Shown piece after piece: positions 1 to 9,425 of a DNA stretch of 64,000 nt. Under the pieces are notes generated by a model. The model did not search any database and was not told where the DNA came from. It was given only the letters and a program-made list of their open reading frames with translations. The translations under genes were made by a program, and so were the position numbers. Origin of the DNA: Thermoplasmatota archaeon (GTDB taxonomy: Archaea; Thermoplasmatota; Penumbrarchaeia; Penumbrarchaeales; Penumbrarchaeaceae); the NCBI GenBank assembly GCA_029762535.1, contig JARVGK010000007.1:32001-96000 (forward strand). Reading direction: 5' to 3'. Within the stretch, counting starts at the first letter, position 1; the number at the start of each line of letters is the position of its first letter.

Positions 1-2695
1 CGCACTTTAGCGTGATGGAGAAGGGGCTAGTGTACCAGCCCGCATCGTTAGGGTCCACCCCTCCGGTGAAGAATGATGTTGTAGGGACCACGGTATCGAC
101 CTTGAGTTCTATTGAGACCTGCTCCCCCCTGTTCCCTGCCTCATCAACGGGGACCAAATACAGGGTATGCTCCCCCTCGATGGCGGTTATGGAACCATCG
201 CTTATCTCCTTGGCGCCTTTGTCCCACCAGTATTCGACCCACTGAGGGGATCCCGATGACGGGTCCAGGCTTGTCCGTATCACGGGAAGCGTGTTGTAGA
301 AGCCGTTGAGTCCGTCGGGATCGATCGGGTCTATTGCGTATTCCATGACCGGGGCACTGGGGTCGAACTTGATCCTGAGCGTGCGTATCTGCTCCACGTT
401 CCCCGAGAGGTCCTCCGACCAGTACTTGAGCAGATTGTCCCCTATCAGAACGGTTATGCCGCCCTTGTAAGAGAGGCGGTTTCCCTCGTTCCACCTGTAG
501 TATGTGTTCCCCGGCTCGGAACATGTCAGAGAGAGGCCAGGATCGGAGACATACCATCCCGATGACCCATCAGGGACCTGGAGGTCCAGCACCGCGGTGG
601 TGGTAGGTATGGTATCGTCCATGAGGACGAGGTCCTTGAGGTAGGGCCTGAACCCGAGGGCGGTGACCGTGAGCTTCGCCGCCTGTATCTCATCGATCAC
701 GAACGGGACCACCGCCCTTCCCTGGGCGTCCGTGAGCAGCGTGGACATCCGGTCCTTGACAGGGGAATAGATGGTCACCGCTGCGTTCTTCACGGGAGCG
801 CTCGATTGGTCCTTGACCAGAACTGTGAAATTGGTGTAATAGTCCTCGTTGTAGGTGTAGGAAACCGTCAGGGACAGGGGCTTGGCCGTCCATACAGGGG
901 TCTGGGCCGGACCGAGGAGGTTGTGCTCCATCCAGGCGTTGTATGCCAGCTCCGGCTGGGACGATGAGAAGTACGATCCCCATGCATCGGCGTAGTAGTT
1001 CTTGGCCTCGGCGAAGATCTCCGCCGAGCGGTACTTCCGGTCCGTGGTCTGGGATATCATCCTCAGGACGTCCTCCTGTATTCCCGGGGCTCCGGGATAG
1101 TACGTGTTGTATCCGATACCACCGTAAGTGGTCCTGGAGGCCCCGACATAGGAGATCGCACCTCCCTTTCCGTTCTCGGTGAAGGCCTCCGATATCGATT
1201 CGTGGGATCCGTCGAACCAGTTCGTCTCACAGGACATGGCGGTGATGTACGGCAGACGCGAACCCTGCGAGAGCGCATGGGCCTCGTTCGCGTCGAAAAG
1301 CCATCTGGCCTCGTCCTGGAATCCCTCGGACCAGATCGTCGAGAGCCCATGACCCATATATACGACCACGGAGAACCCGTTGTTGAACCCGGATTTGATG
1401 TTGCTATACGTAAGAGGGGTGGAACCGTAATATCCGTTCGAGTAATAAGGGGACTTATCTGAGTATACCTTGGACATATGCTTGGACCATAGGTAATCGC
1501 ACTGGTCCGCCCCGTCGTAGTAATTATGGGTGTCCGCCCCAAAGAGTCCCGCCCTGCCGCCCCAGAGGTCCTGGGGCGGGTTGGACTCGTAATTGATGAC
1601 CTTCTGCACCCACTGCGTCGTGGCCGATCTCGTCGAGAGGGCGATCCTGCTCACATAGACCTCTGATATGAAATCCTGTATGTCCTGGACCTCGCCCCAG
1701 TCGGAATTGCCGTTCGCGTTCCATATATCGGGCCCGCTCGACGGGCCACCCAAGCAGGAGAAATATGTGTCCGCCGGCAGGGTCGCAGGCTCTCCAATAT
1801 AGGGATTTAGGTCCTTGACCGTTCGGGTCGGGACCGTGTTCACTTCGCCTACTAGGAGGACGTATTCCAGCCCCGTATCGGAGCCGAAATAGGAATCATG
1901 GACGTACTGCCATAATGACGAGGGGGCATCGAGGGAGGAGTAGGTCGAATCCACAGTGCTGAACGGCAAGAGCGTGGTCATGACGCCTTTTCTCATGTTC
2001 CACTGCCTGTAGGGCTCGAGCTCGTCCATGAGAGATGGATTTGCGACTATGAGCAGACGCGTCCCCTCCTTGAACGAGGGAGGGGCAGAGACCTGCCTGG
2101 AGGGAGGCGATGAAAGGTCCTGCGGCCCCTCCACCACCATGAGCGCCACCCTCTCGTAGTGTATCAACGTATTTGAGGAGGGGTCGTAGTCGAAGGGGCA
2201 TACGGATACGCTCGTGTGATGGTATTGCGTCATATCATCCCAGGAGGACCCCATGTACCTGTAGTTTAGATGGTTGACCGGATATGTCCTGTCCGCGGGA
2301 TAGGACCGCGGTATCAATGATCCCAGCTCGGGGCGGTCCGATGCCCTGAACATGCCGAAACCTCCGATGACGGCGGCGTTCAACTTTATAACCCTGGGAG
2401 ATGAGCGGACCGCCCTTATGTCCTCGACCCTTCCCCTGGTCCTGAGGGGGTGAGAGATGAAGGGCAGGGAAGGCTCCCCCTCGGCAGGGGGATCCAACGC
2501 GACCTCCATGAGTATGACGGAATAACTTGATCCTCCGTGGATCGCCTCGACCACCAGCACGCCGCCCTGTTCGATTTCTATGAAATCGGGTTCTACAGGC
2601 TCCGTATGGGGTTCGGGATCTCCTTCTCCTGAGAATTGTAGGGGTATCGCAAGGAGAAGAAGCGCTAATATCGGGACCATTATCTGAGATCTCAT
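1..2695 (-). CDS. Secreted C25 (gingipain-like) cysteine peptidase with C-terminal Ig-like repeats; runs off the left edge of the window
   Basis: Not in the ORF track because there is no stop in the window. Manual translation from ATG 2695 gives signal peptide MRSQIMVPILALLLLAIPL, YVLLVGE, ADTYFSCL, VYVSRI, catalytic YMGHG and AMSCETNWFD, HNLLG, then PDGSSGWY / PDGLNGFY / PNDAGWY repeats. The frame checked at both ends is consistent. Confidence 0.85.
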   Translation of the reverse strand, partial: MRSQIMVPILALLLLAIPLQFSGEGDPEPHTEPVEPDFIEIEQGGVLVVEAIHGGSSYSVILMEVALDPPAEGEPSLPFISHPLRTRGRVEDIRAVRSSPRVIKLNAAVIGGFGMFRASDRPELGSLIPRSYPADRTYPVNHLNYRYMGSSWDDMTQYHHTSVSVCPFDYDPSSNTLIHYERVALMVVEGPQDLSSPPSRQVSAPPSFKEGTRLLIVANPSLMDELEPYRQWNMRKGVMTTLLPFSTVDSTYSSLDAPSSLWQYVHDSYFGSDTGLEYVLLVGEVNTVPTRTVKDLNPYIGEPATLPADTYFSCLGGPSSGPDIWNANGNSDWGEVQDIQDFISEVYVSRIALSTRSATTQWVQKVINYESNPPQDLWGGRAGLFGADTHNYYDGADQCDYLWSKHMSKVYSDKSPYYSNGYYGSTPLTYSNIKSGFNNGFSVVVYMGHGLSTIWSEGFQDEARWLFDANEAHALSQGSRLPYITAMSCETNWFDGSHESISEAFTENGKGGAISYVGASRTTYGGIGYNTYYPGAPGIQEDVLRMISQTTDRKYRSAEIFAEAKNYYADAWGSYFSSSQPELAYNAWMEHNLLGPAQTPVWTAKPLSLTVSYTYNEDYYTNFTVLVKDQSSAPVKNAAVTIYSPVKDRMSTLLTDAQGRAVVPFVIDEIQAAKLTVTALGFRPYLKDLVLMDDTIPTTTAVLDLQVPDGSSGWYVSDPGLSLTCSEPGNTYYRWNEGNRLSYKGGITVLIGDNLLKYWSEDLSGNVEQIRTLRIKFDPSAPVMEYAIDPIDPDGLNGFYNTLPVIRTSLDPSSGSPQWVEYWWDKGAKEISDGSITAIEGEHTLYLVPVDEAGNRGEQVSIELKVDTVVPTTSFFTGGVDPNDAGWYTSPFSITLKC

Positions 2696-2853
2696 GGCGG
2701 ACCACCGGGAACAGGACGGGGGCATATGATACCGCTTATTAAAAACCGTTGAAGGATATAACGCATTTGGTATGGCTCCCAACACTCGTAGGGGGAAAAG
2801 GGGGAGAAACCCTAAAATCATCATGGACACATCCCCCTAGAGGAAGTCCCCGA

Positions 2854-5595
2854 ATGAGCGATACAGAGAGAGACCTGACGCCCTTGATGAAGCAGTACAT
2901 GAGGATCAAGGAGAAGCACAAGGATGCCATCCTTCTTTACAGGATGGGGGACTTCTACGAGATGTTCTTCGAGGACGCAGAGATCGGATCGAGGGCCCTC
3001 GACATCACCCTGACCGCGAGGGACAAGGGACCTTACGGGGGCAAGATCCCCCTGGCCGGGATCCCCTACCACGCGCTGGACGCATACCTTCCACGCCTGG
3101 TGAGGCAGGGCCACAAGGTCGTGATCGTGGAGCAGACCGAGGACCCGAAAAAGGCAAAGGGGATCGTGAAAAGGGACGTGGTCCAGATCGTGACGCCCGG
3201 GACCATGGTCCTGCCGGAGAAGCAGCAGGAGAAGGGGAACACCTTCCTCTCCGCCCTGATGTGGAGGCCGCATGAAGGCGTGGGATCGGAGGACGTCGTT
3301 GCGGAGGACAGGGGACTGAGCCAGGAGAAGGTCGTCATTCCACCCGCCGATTACGGGCTCGCGCACATCGACGTCTCCACAGGCGATTTCTCAGCAACGG
3401 AGATAACAGGGGACGGGGCCTTCTCGAGGACGGTCTCCGAGCTCCTCAACTACGGCTCCGTGGAGGTCATAATACCCGATTCCATGTCCAAAAGGGAGGG
3501 GGTCGTCAAGGAGTTGAGGACCCAGCTGGGGGAAGGCGCCGTGGTGACGTCCTTCCCCGACCACAACTTCATGAGGAGCTTCTGCGAGGATATGCTGAGA
3601 AGCCAGCTCTCAGTGGTGAGCCTCGAGGGGTTCGGCCTCTGCGAGAGGGAATTGGCCGTCGGGTGCGCAGGGGCCGTCCTTGCCTACGCCCGTGAGAACC
3701 AGATGTGCGATCTGGGCCATATAGGGTCGATCAGGTACAGGGGCGGTTCGGAGGGCATGGTCCTTGACTCGACCACGATCCGCAACCTTGAGGTGCTGAA
3801 GAACTCCAGGGACCACAGCTTAAGGGGAACGCTCCTTGAGCTTTTGGACCAGACCAGGACCGCGATGGGTTCCAGAGCGATGAGGTCATGGATGCAGCAC
3901 CCACTGACCGATGTGGAGAGGATCGAGGAGAGGCTGGACGCCGTTTCCGTCCTTTCAAGGGACCTATTCCTGCGCTCCGATATCAAGGATGCCCTCGGGA
4001 AGGTGTCCGATCTCGATCGGATACTCATGAGGCTCAGCACGGGAAGGGGCTGCGCCAGGGACCTTATATCGCTCAAGGGCAGCCTGGAGGGCATAACCGA
4101 ACTGAAACGACACCTGGACCAGGATGCTGTGAAGGGTTCAGCGCTCCTTGCGGGGCTCGGTGTGGAGCTTGACCCATTGGAGGATATCGTATCCCTCATC
4201 GATATTGCGATAAAGGAGGACCCCCCGCTTTCGATAAAAGACGGGGGAATGATCAAACAGGGTTACTCCCCCGAGCTCGATGAGGTCAGCCGCTCCGCCT
4301 CGGGAGCCAGGGAATGGCTCAAGAGCTTCGAGGATTCCGAGAGGAACAGGACCGGTATAAGGTCCCTCAAGGTCAAGTTCAACAACGTCTTCGGGTACTT
4401 CATAGAGGTGACAAAAGCCAACCTCGAACTCGTTCCGCCGGAGTATACGAGAAAACAGACGATAAGCAACGGCGAGAGGTTCATAACACCCGATCTCAAG
4501 GAGAAGGAGTCGCTCATCCTAAACGCCGACGAGAGGATCGCCGAGATAGAGAGGGGGATCTTCGAGGAGGTGGTCGGGACCGTACTCGAAAGCTCGAGCG
4601 GCATACAGAAGAACGCCAGGGCCGCATCGGCACTGGACGTCATAAACGCCCTCTCGGACATTTCCCAGCGGAAGAACTACGTCAGGCCCGCCATCACCGA
4701 AGGGAAGGGCATCAGGATAGAGGGCGGGCGGCATCCCGTCATAGAGGACCGGGTGCCGTGGGGTTTCGTCCCCAACGATGCGGTTCTCTCCCCCCAGGAC
4801 GGCCATCTGATGATACTGACCGGTCCCAACATGGCCGGCAAGTCCACTTACATGAGGCAGGTGGCCCTCATCGCGATCATGGCCCAGATGGGATGCTACG
4901 TCCCGGCGAGATCGGCCACCATCGGCGTCATCGACCGCATCTTCACAAGGGTCGGGGCATCGGACGACCTGTCCAGGGGGCAGTCCACCTTCATGGTGGA
5001 GATGCTGGAGCTCGCCGGGATCCTCAACGGGGCCACGGAAAGGTCCCTTATACTCCTGGACGAGATAGGGCGGGGCACATCGACCTACGACGGCATGGCT
5101 CTCGCATGGGCCGTTGTGGAGCATCTCGCCAGCCCGGAAGGACAAAAGGCCCTCACCCTCTTCGCCACTCATTACCATCAGCTGACATCGCTAGAGGGCC
5201 AGCTGGAGGGGGTCATCAACTATCAGATGTCCGTGGCGGAGGACGAGAGGGGCATAACCTTCCTCAGGAAGGTGGCCAGGGGTGCGGCTTCCAGATCCTA
5301 CGGGATCGACGTCGCGAAGCTTGCAGGCGTGCCGCCTTCGATAGTCGAGAGGGCGCGAGAGGTCCTCTCCGGATTGGAATCGGAGGATACAGGGGTGACG
5401 CCCATCATGGTTCCAAGTATGACAAGGACCCCGACAAGGTCCGTTCAAATGGTGCTGTTCCCCACTGAGGAGATGGCAGGACCGCCCAGGTCCGATCCCG
5501 TCAAGGATGAGATCGAGAGGCTGGACCCGAACAACATGACGCCGCTTGAGGCTCTCGAGGCCATCTACCGCCTCAGGAAGAAGCTGTCGGAATGA
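2854..5595 (+). CDS. mutS: DNA mismatch repair protein MutS (MutS1)
   Basis: TPLMKQY, GDFYEMF mismatch-binding motif, Walker A TGPNMAGKST, STFMVEM, LLDEIGRGTS, FATHYH, SYGIDVAKLAG. Confidence 0.97.
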   Translation: MSDTERDLTPLMKQYMRIKEKHKDAILLYRMGDFYEMFFEDAEIGSRALDITLTARDKGPYGGKIPLAGIPYHALDAYLPRLVRQGHKVVIVEQTEDPKKAKGIVKRDVVQIVTPGTMVLPEKQQEKGNTFLSALMWRPHEGVGSEDVVAEDRGLSQEKVVIPPADYGLAHIDVSTGDFSATEITGDGAFSRTVSELLNYGSVEVIIPDSMSKREGVVKELRTQLGEGAVVTSFPDHNFMRSFCEDMLRSQLSVVSLEGFGLCERELAVGCAGAVLAYARENQMCDLGHIGSIRYRGGSEGMVLDSTTIRNLEVLKNSRDHSLRGTLLELLDQTRTAMGSRAMRSWMQHPLTDVERIEERLDAVSVLSRDLFLRSDIKDALGKVSDLDRILMRLSTGRGCARDLISLKGSLEGITELKRHLDQDAVKGSALLAGLGVELDPLEDIVSLIDIAIKEDPPLSIKDGGMIKQGYSPELDEVSRSASGAREWLKSFEDSERNRTGIRSLKVKFNNVFGYFIEVTKANLELVPPEYTRKQTISNGERFITPDLKEKESLILNADERIAEIERGIFEEVVGTVLESSSGIQKNARAASALDVINALSDISQRKNYVRPAITEGKGIRIEGGRHPVIEDRVPWGFVPNDAVLSPQDGHLMILTGPNMAGKSTYMRQVALIAIMAQMGCYVPARSATIGVIDRIFTRVGASDDLSRGQSTFMVEMLELAGILNGATERSLILLDEIGRGTSTYDGMALAWAVVEHLASPEGQKALTLFATHYHQLTSLEGQLEGVINYQMSVAEDERGITFLRKVARGAASRSYGIDVAKLAGVPPSIVERAREVLSGLESEDTGVTPIMVPSMTRTPTRSVQMVLFPTEEMAGPPRSDPVKDEIERLDPNNMTPLEALEAIYRLRKKLSE

Positions 5596-5643
5596 GGGAG
5601 TATATTTTTAAGACAGCGGCATTTACCCGATGAAAGGTGAATT

Positions 5644-7068
5644 ATGATGAAGGTGACCCTCGCCGGGGCGACACTTGACCGAAGGTTCTGGAAGGACGAT
5701 CCCGCCGCCACTCCCGAGACCATATCCGCGGCCTATGCCAGGATATCCCACAGCCCGAAGACGATAGATAAGCTCAGGGACGAGGCCGTGGAGCATGTGG
5801 AATCCGCCAGGAGGTCAAACGAGACCATCGTTTACAAAATGGGGCACTCCTCCATCGCGGAGCATGCCGTGTTCAATATCGATCTCGAGGACTGCTCGAG
5901 GCTATTGGTCGAGTTCGTCGAGAGGCATCGCCTGGCCTCCTTCACGGAGAGGTCGCAGCGATACGTGTTCTTCGGAGACAAGGCCCCGATACAGCCTCCG
6001 GAGATGAGGGGGTCCGAGCTTGGAAAGATGCTGTCAGAGCTCGACGCCGATAGGTTCGAGATGTACAATCACCTTATCGGAAGGGAGGGCCTTAGATCCA
6101 AATACGGGGACTCGCTGCTGGAGGAGGCCAGGTATATCCTGGGCCTGACATGCCCCACGGACATCGGCATGACCGTTAACGCGAGGGAGTTGGAGCACAT
6201 CTTGGCCAGGGCCTCGGTCCACCCACTGTCCGAAGTAAGGGAACTGTCCGGTCTCCTCAGGGACGCGGCCGGATCCTTGGCCCCCTCCCTGATCAAATAT
6301 ACCGATGAGAGACCCTTCCGAAAGGAGGCCGCAGAGGGCATGCTCAAGGCCATTGGAAGGTTCATGGGGGAGGGAAAGGGATCCCGGGAGGAGACAGGGT
6401 CCCTTGGTTCGGGGAAGGTCTGCTCCGAGCTGCCCTCGATGTCGGATGACCCGGAATCCGAGGTGATCGCAGCCCTCATCTTCGAGCTGACGGAGTTGGA
6501 CCTACCTACCTGCAGGTCCATCGCCAGGGACCTTGACGACGATGATATGAGGGAGTTCCTCCTGCCGATCTTCGAAGGTTATCCGGTCCATGCCTCCCTG
6601 CCGCGCGCATTCGAGATGATGGACCTCGTCTTCGACCTGGAGATCAGCGCCTCGGCCTTCGCCCAGCTCAAGAGGCACCGGATGGCGACGTTGATAACCC
6701 AGCGCTATTCCCCACGGTCCTGGGAGACCCCGAGGATAATGCTCGAGGATCCAGACATCGCCGCCAGGTACGTGGACCTGATGAAGAGAGGGGCCGAACT
6801 GCACGACAGGGTAAAAGAGAGGTTCGGCCCCGACGTTGCCCAGTACTGCCTTTGCAACGCGGACAGGCGGAGGGCCGTCCTGAAGATGAACATGAGGGAG
6901 CTCTACCATTTCGTTAGGCTCAGGTCCGACGTCCATGCGCAGTCGGAGATCAGGAGGATATCGGATGGGATCTCCAAGGTCATGGTCGAGCGCTACCCCG
7001 TTATATCCTCCATGCTCTGCGGGAAGGACGGGTTCGATGATGCGAGGTTCTGCTTCCTCGGGAAATGA
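5644..7068 (+). CDS. thyX: FAD-dependent thymidylate synthase ThyX, tandem two-domain form
   Basis: GHSSIAEHA, RHRLASFTERSQRY signature, NARELEH; second domain with QLKRHRM and MNMRELYHFVRLR...HAQSEIR. Confidence 0.9.
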   Translation: MMKVTLAGATLDRRFWKDDPAATPETISAAYARISHSPKTIDKLRDEAVEHVESARRSNETIVYKMGHSSIAEHAVFNIDLEDCSRLLVEFVERHRLASFTERSQRYVFFGDKAPIQPPEMRGSELGKMLSELDADRFEMYNHLIGREGLRSKYGDSLLEEARYILGLTCPTDIGMTVNARELEHILARASVHPLSEVRELSGLLRDAAGSLAPSLIKYTDERPFRKEAAEGMLKAIGRFMGEGKGSREETGSLGSGKVCSELPSMSDDPESEVIAALIFELTELDLPTCRSIARDLDDDDMREFLLPIFEGYPVHASLPRAFEMMDLVFDLEISASAFAQLKRHRMATLITQRYSPRSWETPRIMLEDPDIAARYVDLMKRGAELHDRVKERFGPDVAQYCLCNADRRRAVLKMNMRELYHFVRLRSDVHAQSEIRRISDGISKVMVERYPVISSMLCGKDGFDDARFCFLGK

Positions 7069-7122
7069 CGGCAAAACGGTATATAATCCGGTTGAGGATA
7101 TACCCCCGGTGATAGCTTGAAG

Positions 7123-7299
7123 ATGGCCTCCAACTGCCACATCTGCCAGAGGCCCGCATTCCAGAACTGCCTGCTTTGCGGTCTGCCAACTTGCAGGGAA
7201 CACCTCGACGAGAGGGGGTTCGCCTGCAGCAAATGCGTCCCCGGGGCGAAGAGATCCAGGGCCTCCAGAGGGCCAGGCGATCCCGGGGGAGTGGTCTGA
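7123..7299 (+). CDS. Small Cys-rich zinc-finger protein
   Basis: CxxC-x6-CxxC-x4-CxxH-x7-CxxC; GGTGA upstream; lies between thyX and pgi on the same strand. Confidence 0.7.
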   Translation: MASNCHICQRPAFQNCLLCGLPTCREHLDERGFACSKCVPGAKRSRASRGPGDPGGVV

Positions 7300-7325
7300 T
7301 ATCCTTCTCCATATCCCTCGAGGGG

Positions 7326-8468
7326 ATGATGCCGCTTGACATCGATATGATAGCCGAGGCTCTGGATTCGGTCTATAGAAGGGAACCCCCGCCCTTTTCC
7401 ACCTATGTCGCCCCTCTCGTTGATATCGAGGCCGCCGCCTCACTGATGGATGGGATCGATGACCTGCTGGTGATCGGCAACGGGGGCAGCGTCACATCTC
7501 TCAAGGGGTTGAGATGGCTTGCCCCCGAATGGGAGGGGCGGCTTCATATCCTCGACACCGTGGACCCATCGCACCTAAAGAGGGTGAAAGAGCGCATAGA
7601 AGGACGCAGCGCGCACGTTCTGGCCGTATCGAAGTCCGGCAGGAACATGAACGTGCTCGAGAACCTCTCCTTGTTCAAAGGGGTGCCGACCACGGTCGTT
7701 ACGGCCCGTAGGAGGAGCCCTCTTGGAGCGATGGCAAAGGGAAGAGGCTGGGACATCGTCGAGATCCCGGACGATGTGGGAGGGCGGTTCTCGGCGGGGA
7801 CGGCCTCGGCGCTATTGCCCGCCTCCGTGATGGGGATCGACGTGCGGTCGGTGTCCTCGGGGTTGCTGGAAGCATACGAGAAGGGGATGAAGGACAGGGA
7901 TGTCCTGGACCTGTGCGGCGCCATGTACCTCAAAGAGAGGATAGGGATGCGGACCCTTTTCATCCCGGTATATTCCAGGGCGTATTCGGGCTTCAACGAT
8001 CTGGTGACCCAGCTGATGCACGAGACCCTCTGCAAGGACAGGAAGGGGCTGACGGCCCTGTGTTACGAAGGACCGGAGGTCCAGCACCACACGAACCAGA
8101 GGGTTCTCGACGGCCCGGAGGACGTCATGTCCCTTTTCGTGACCGTTAAGGGATCGGAAGGCCCCCTGATAACATGGGACGATGATGTGATGATCGGGGA
8201 TCGGGGGCTGGACGAGATCGGAGGCTATTCCCTGGGATCCGCCATGAGATGTGAATATGAGGGCGTCATGGGACATATGAAGGAATTGCGAATGCCCTTC
8301 GCCCGGATCGAGATGGAGGAGGAGAGCCCAAAAGCCCTCGGTAATTACATCGGTCTTTGGCACTACATCGCATATTACTCGGCACTGCTTCGGAACGTGA
8401 ACCCCTTCGACCAGCCGGCCGTGGAGAAGGCCAAGGAGATCGGGATGGGGTTGCGGCTAGGTGGATGA
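7326..8468 (+). CDS. pgi: Glucose-6-phosphate isomerase family (SIS) protein, short form
   Basis: VIGNGGS, VSKSG, VGGRFS, QLMHE, NPFDQPAVEKAK motifs. Confidence 0.8.
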   Translation: MMPLDIDMIAEALDSVYRREPPPFSTYVAPLVDIEAAASLMDGIDDLLVIGNGGSVTSLKGLRWLAPEWEGRLHILDTVDPSHLKRVKERIEGRSAHVLAVSKSGRNMNVLENLSLFKGVPTTVVTARRRSPLGAMAKGRGWDIVEIPDDVGGRFSAGTASALLPASVMGIDVRSVSSGLLEAYEKGMKDRDVLDLCGAMYLKERIGMRTLFIPVYSRAYSGFNDLVTQLMHETLCKDRKGLTALCYEGPEVQHHTNQRVLDGPEDVMSLFVTVKGSEGPLITWDDDVMIGDRGLDEIGGYSLGSAMRCEYEGVMGHMKELRMPFARIEMEEESPKALGNYIGLWHYIAYYSALLRNVNPFDQPAVEKAKEIGMGLRLGG

Positions 8469-8571
8469 GGGGCATTCCTCTCGAAATATTCCCCCTGTCG
8501 TTAATAATTTCGGTCCCCTCCCCGGGTGGAGGTTTTATCCGCACAGAAGGATGGGTGGACCCGGTGATGAA

Positions 8572-8685
8572 ATGTACATCGGTCCCTCGGTCTGTCCATC
8601 CTGCGGCGAGAGAACGCTCGCCATGATGGGACCCTGCCCGTTCTGCTTCAACCCCCACTGCGATCTCAAGGGATGCTCTTTCTGA
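8572..8685 (+). CDS. 37-aa CPxCG-type zinc-ribbon microprotein
   Basis: MYIGPSVCPSCGERTLAMMGPCPFCFNPHCDLKGCSF; GGTGA RBS just upstream of ATG 8572. Confidence 0.55.
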   Translation: MYIGPSVCPSCGERTLAMMGPCPFCFNPHCDLKGCSF

Positions 8686-8759
8686 TGCGTTTGGTCCTCG
8701 TTAAGGAAAATTAAATGAGCCAACAAACCCCTATACCTCCCTGAAAAGGTGATCTCGCA

Positions 8760-9311
8760 ATGACGATGAACAATAGAACAGGGATGGCGGCCGCCCTGTC
8801 AGTGATCATGCTCGTCCTCGTCTGCGGATGCCTCGGAGGGGGTGGGGGGGAGGAGAAGGATGAGATCCCATCCACCTATCCCGGCGAGTTCGAGACCGAG
8901 GGGTCCGTTCCCCTGACAGCGCAGGCACAGCCCGTGACCCGCACCGAGGAGGTCCATTTCGATATCGTGGAAACGGATATCATGGACATCACCATAACGG
9001 TGAGCGTCGAGGACGGAGATGATGGCACCAACCCGGACCTCGTGGATTCGATAAGGGTCTGGAGGGAGACGGGTGGAGATCCGGAAGAGGTTAAGGAAAT
9101 GGCCGGCGGCAGCACGCCTTACGAGAACAGCGTTAGCTTTACCATGACCGGGAACGAGAACATGACCAACTGGTGGATCGTCGAGCTCACTGTTACATGC
9201 CATGCGGGGGAAGACACATGGCCGGGGCCTATCATCTGGAGAGGGGTGCCGGATACAGGTTTCAGCTATCACATTCACGCATCTTTCAACGCATACAACA
9301 AGACCGCCTGA
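8760..9311 (+). CDS. Lipoprotein of unknown function
   Basis: Hydrophobic leader ending in lipobox-like LVCGC, Gly linker, beta-rich acidic domain; AGGTGA upstream. Confidence 0.75.
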   Translation: MTMNNRTGMAAALSVIMLVLVCGCLGGGGGEEKDEIPSTYPGEFETEGSVPLTAQAQPVTRTEEVHFDIVETDIMDITITVSVEDGDDGTNPDLVDSIRVWRETGGDPEEVKEMAGGSTPYENSVSFTMTGNENMTNWWIVELTVTCHAGEDTWPGPIIWRGVPDTGFSYHIHASFNAYNKTA

Positions 9312-9425
9312 TGAACGGTCCGACACTACGAACCTTCCATCCATGCAGTGAACCGTTCGAGTAAGTTTTAATAAGGGCGGTCATTTAGGGGGGGCATCCG
9401 TTGTGGCTTATTGGACGGTGCATTC

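Noticed and set aside
12-2705. Short ORFs listed in the track for 1-2.7 kb
   Set aside because: All are shadows of one continuous minus-strand C25 peptidase frame that lacks a stop within the window
4314-5468. Long alternative-frame and antisense ORFs (e.g. 384 aa within mutS; many others over pyc, pst, C25 and pheS)
   Set aside because: They overlap well-supported genes and have Arg/Gly/Pro-rich shadow composition typical of GC-rich DNA
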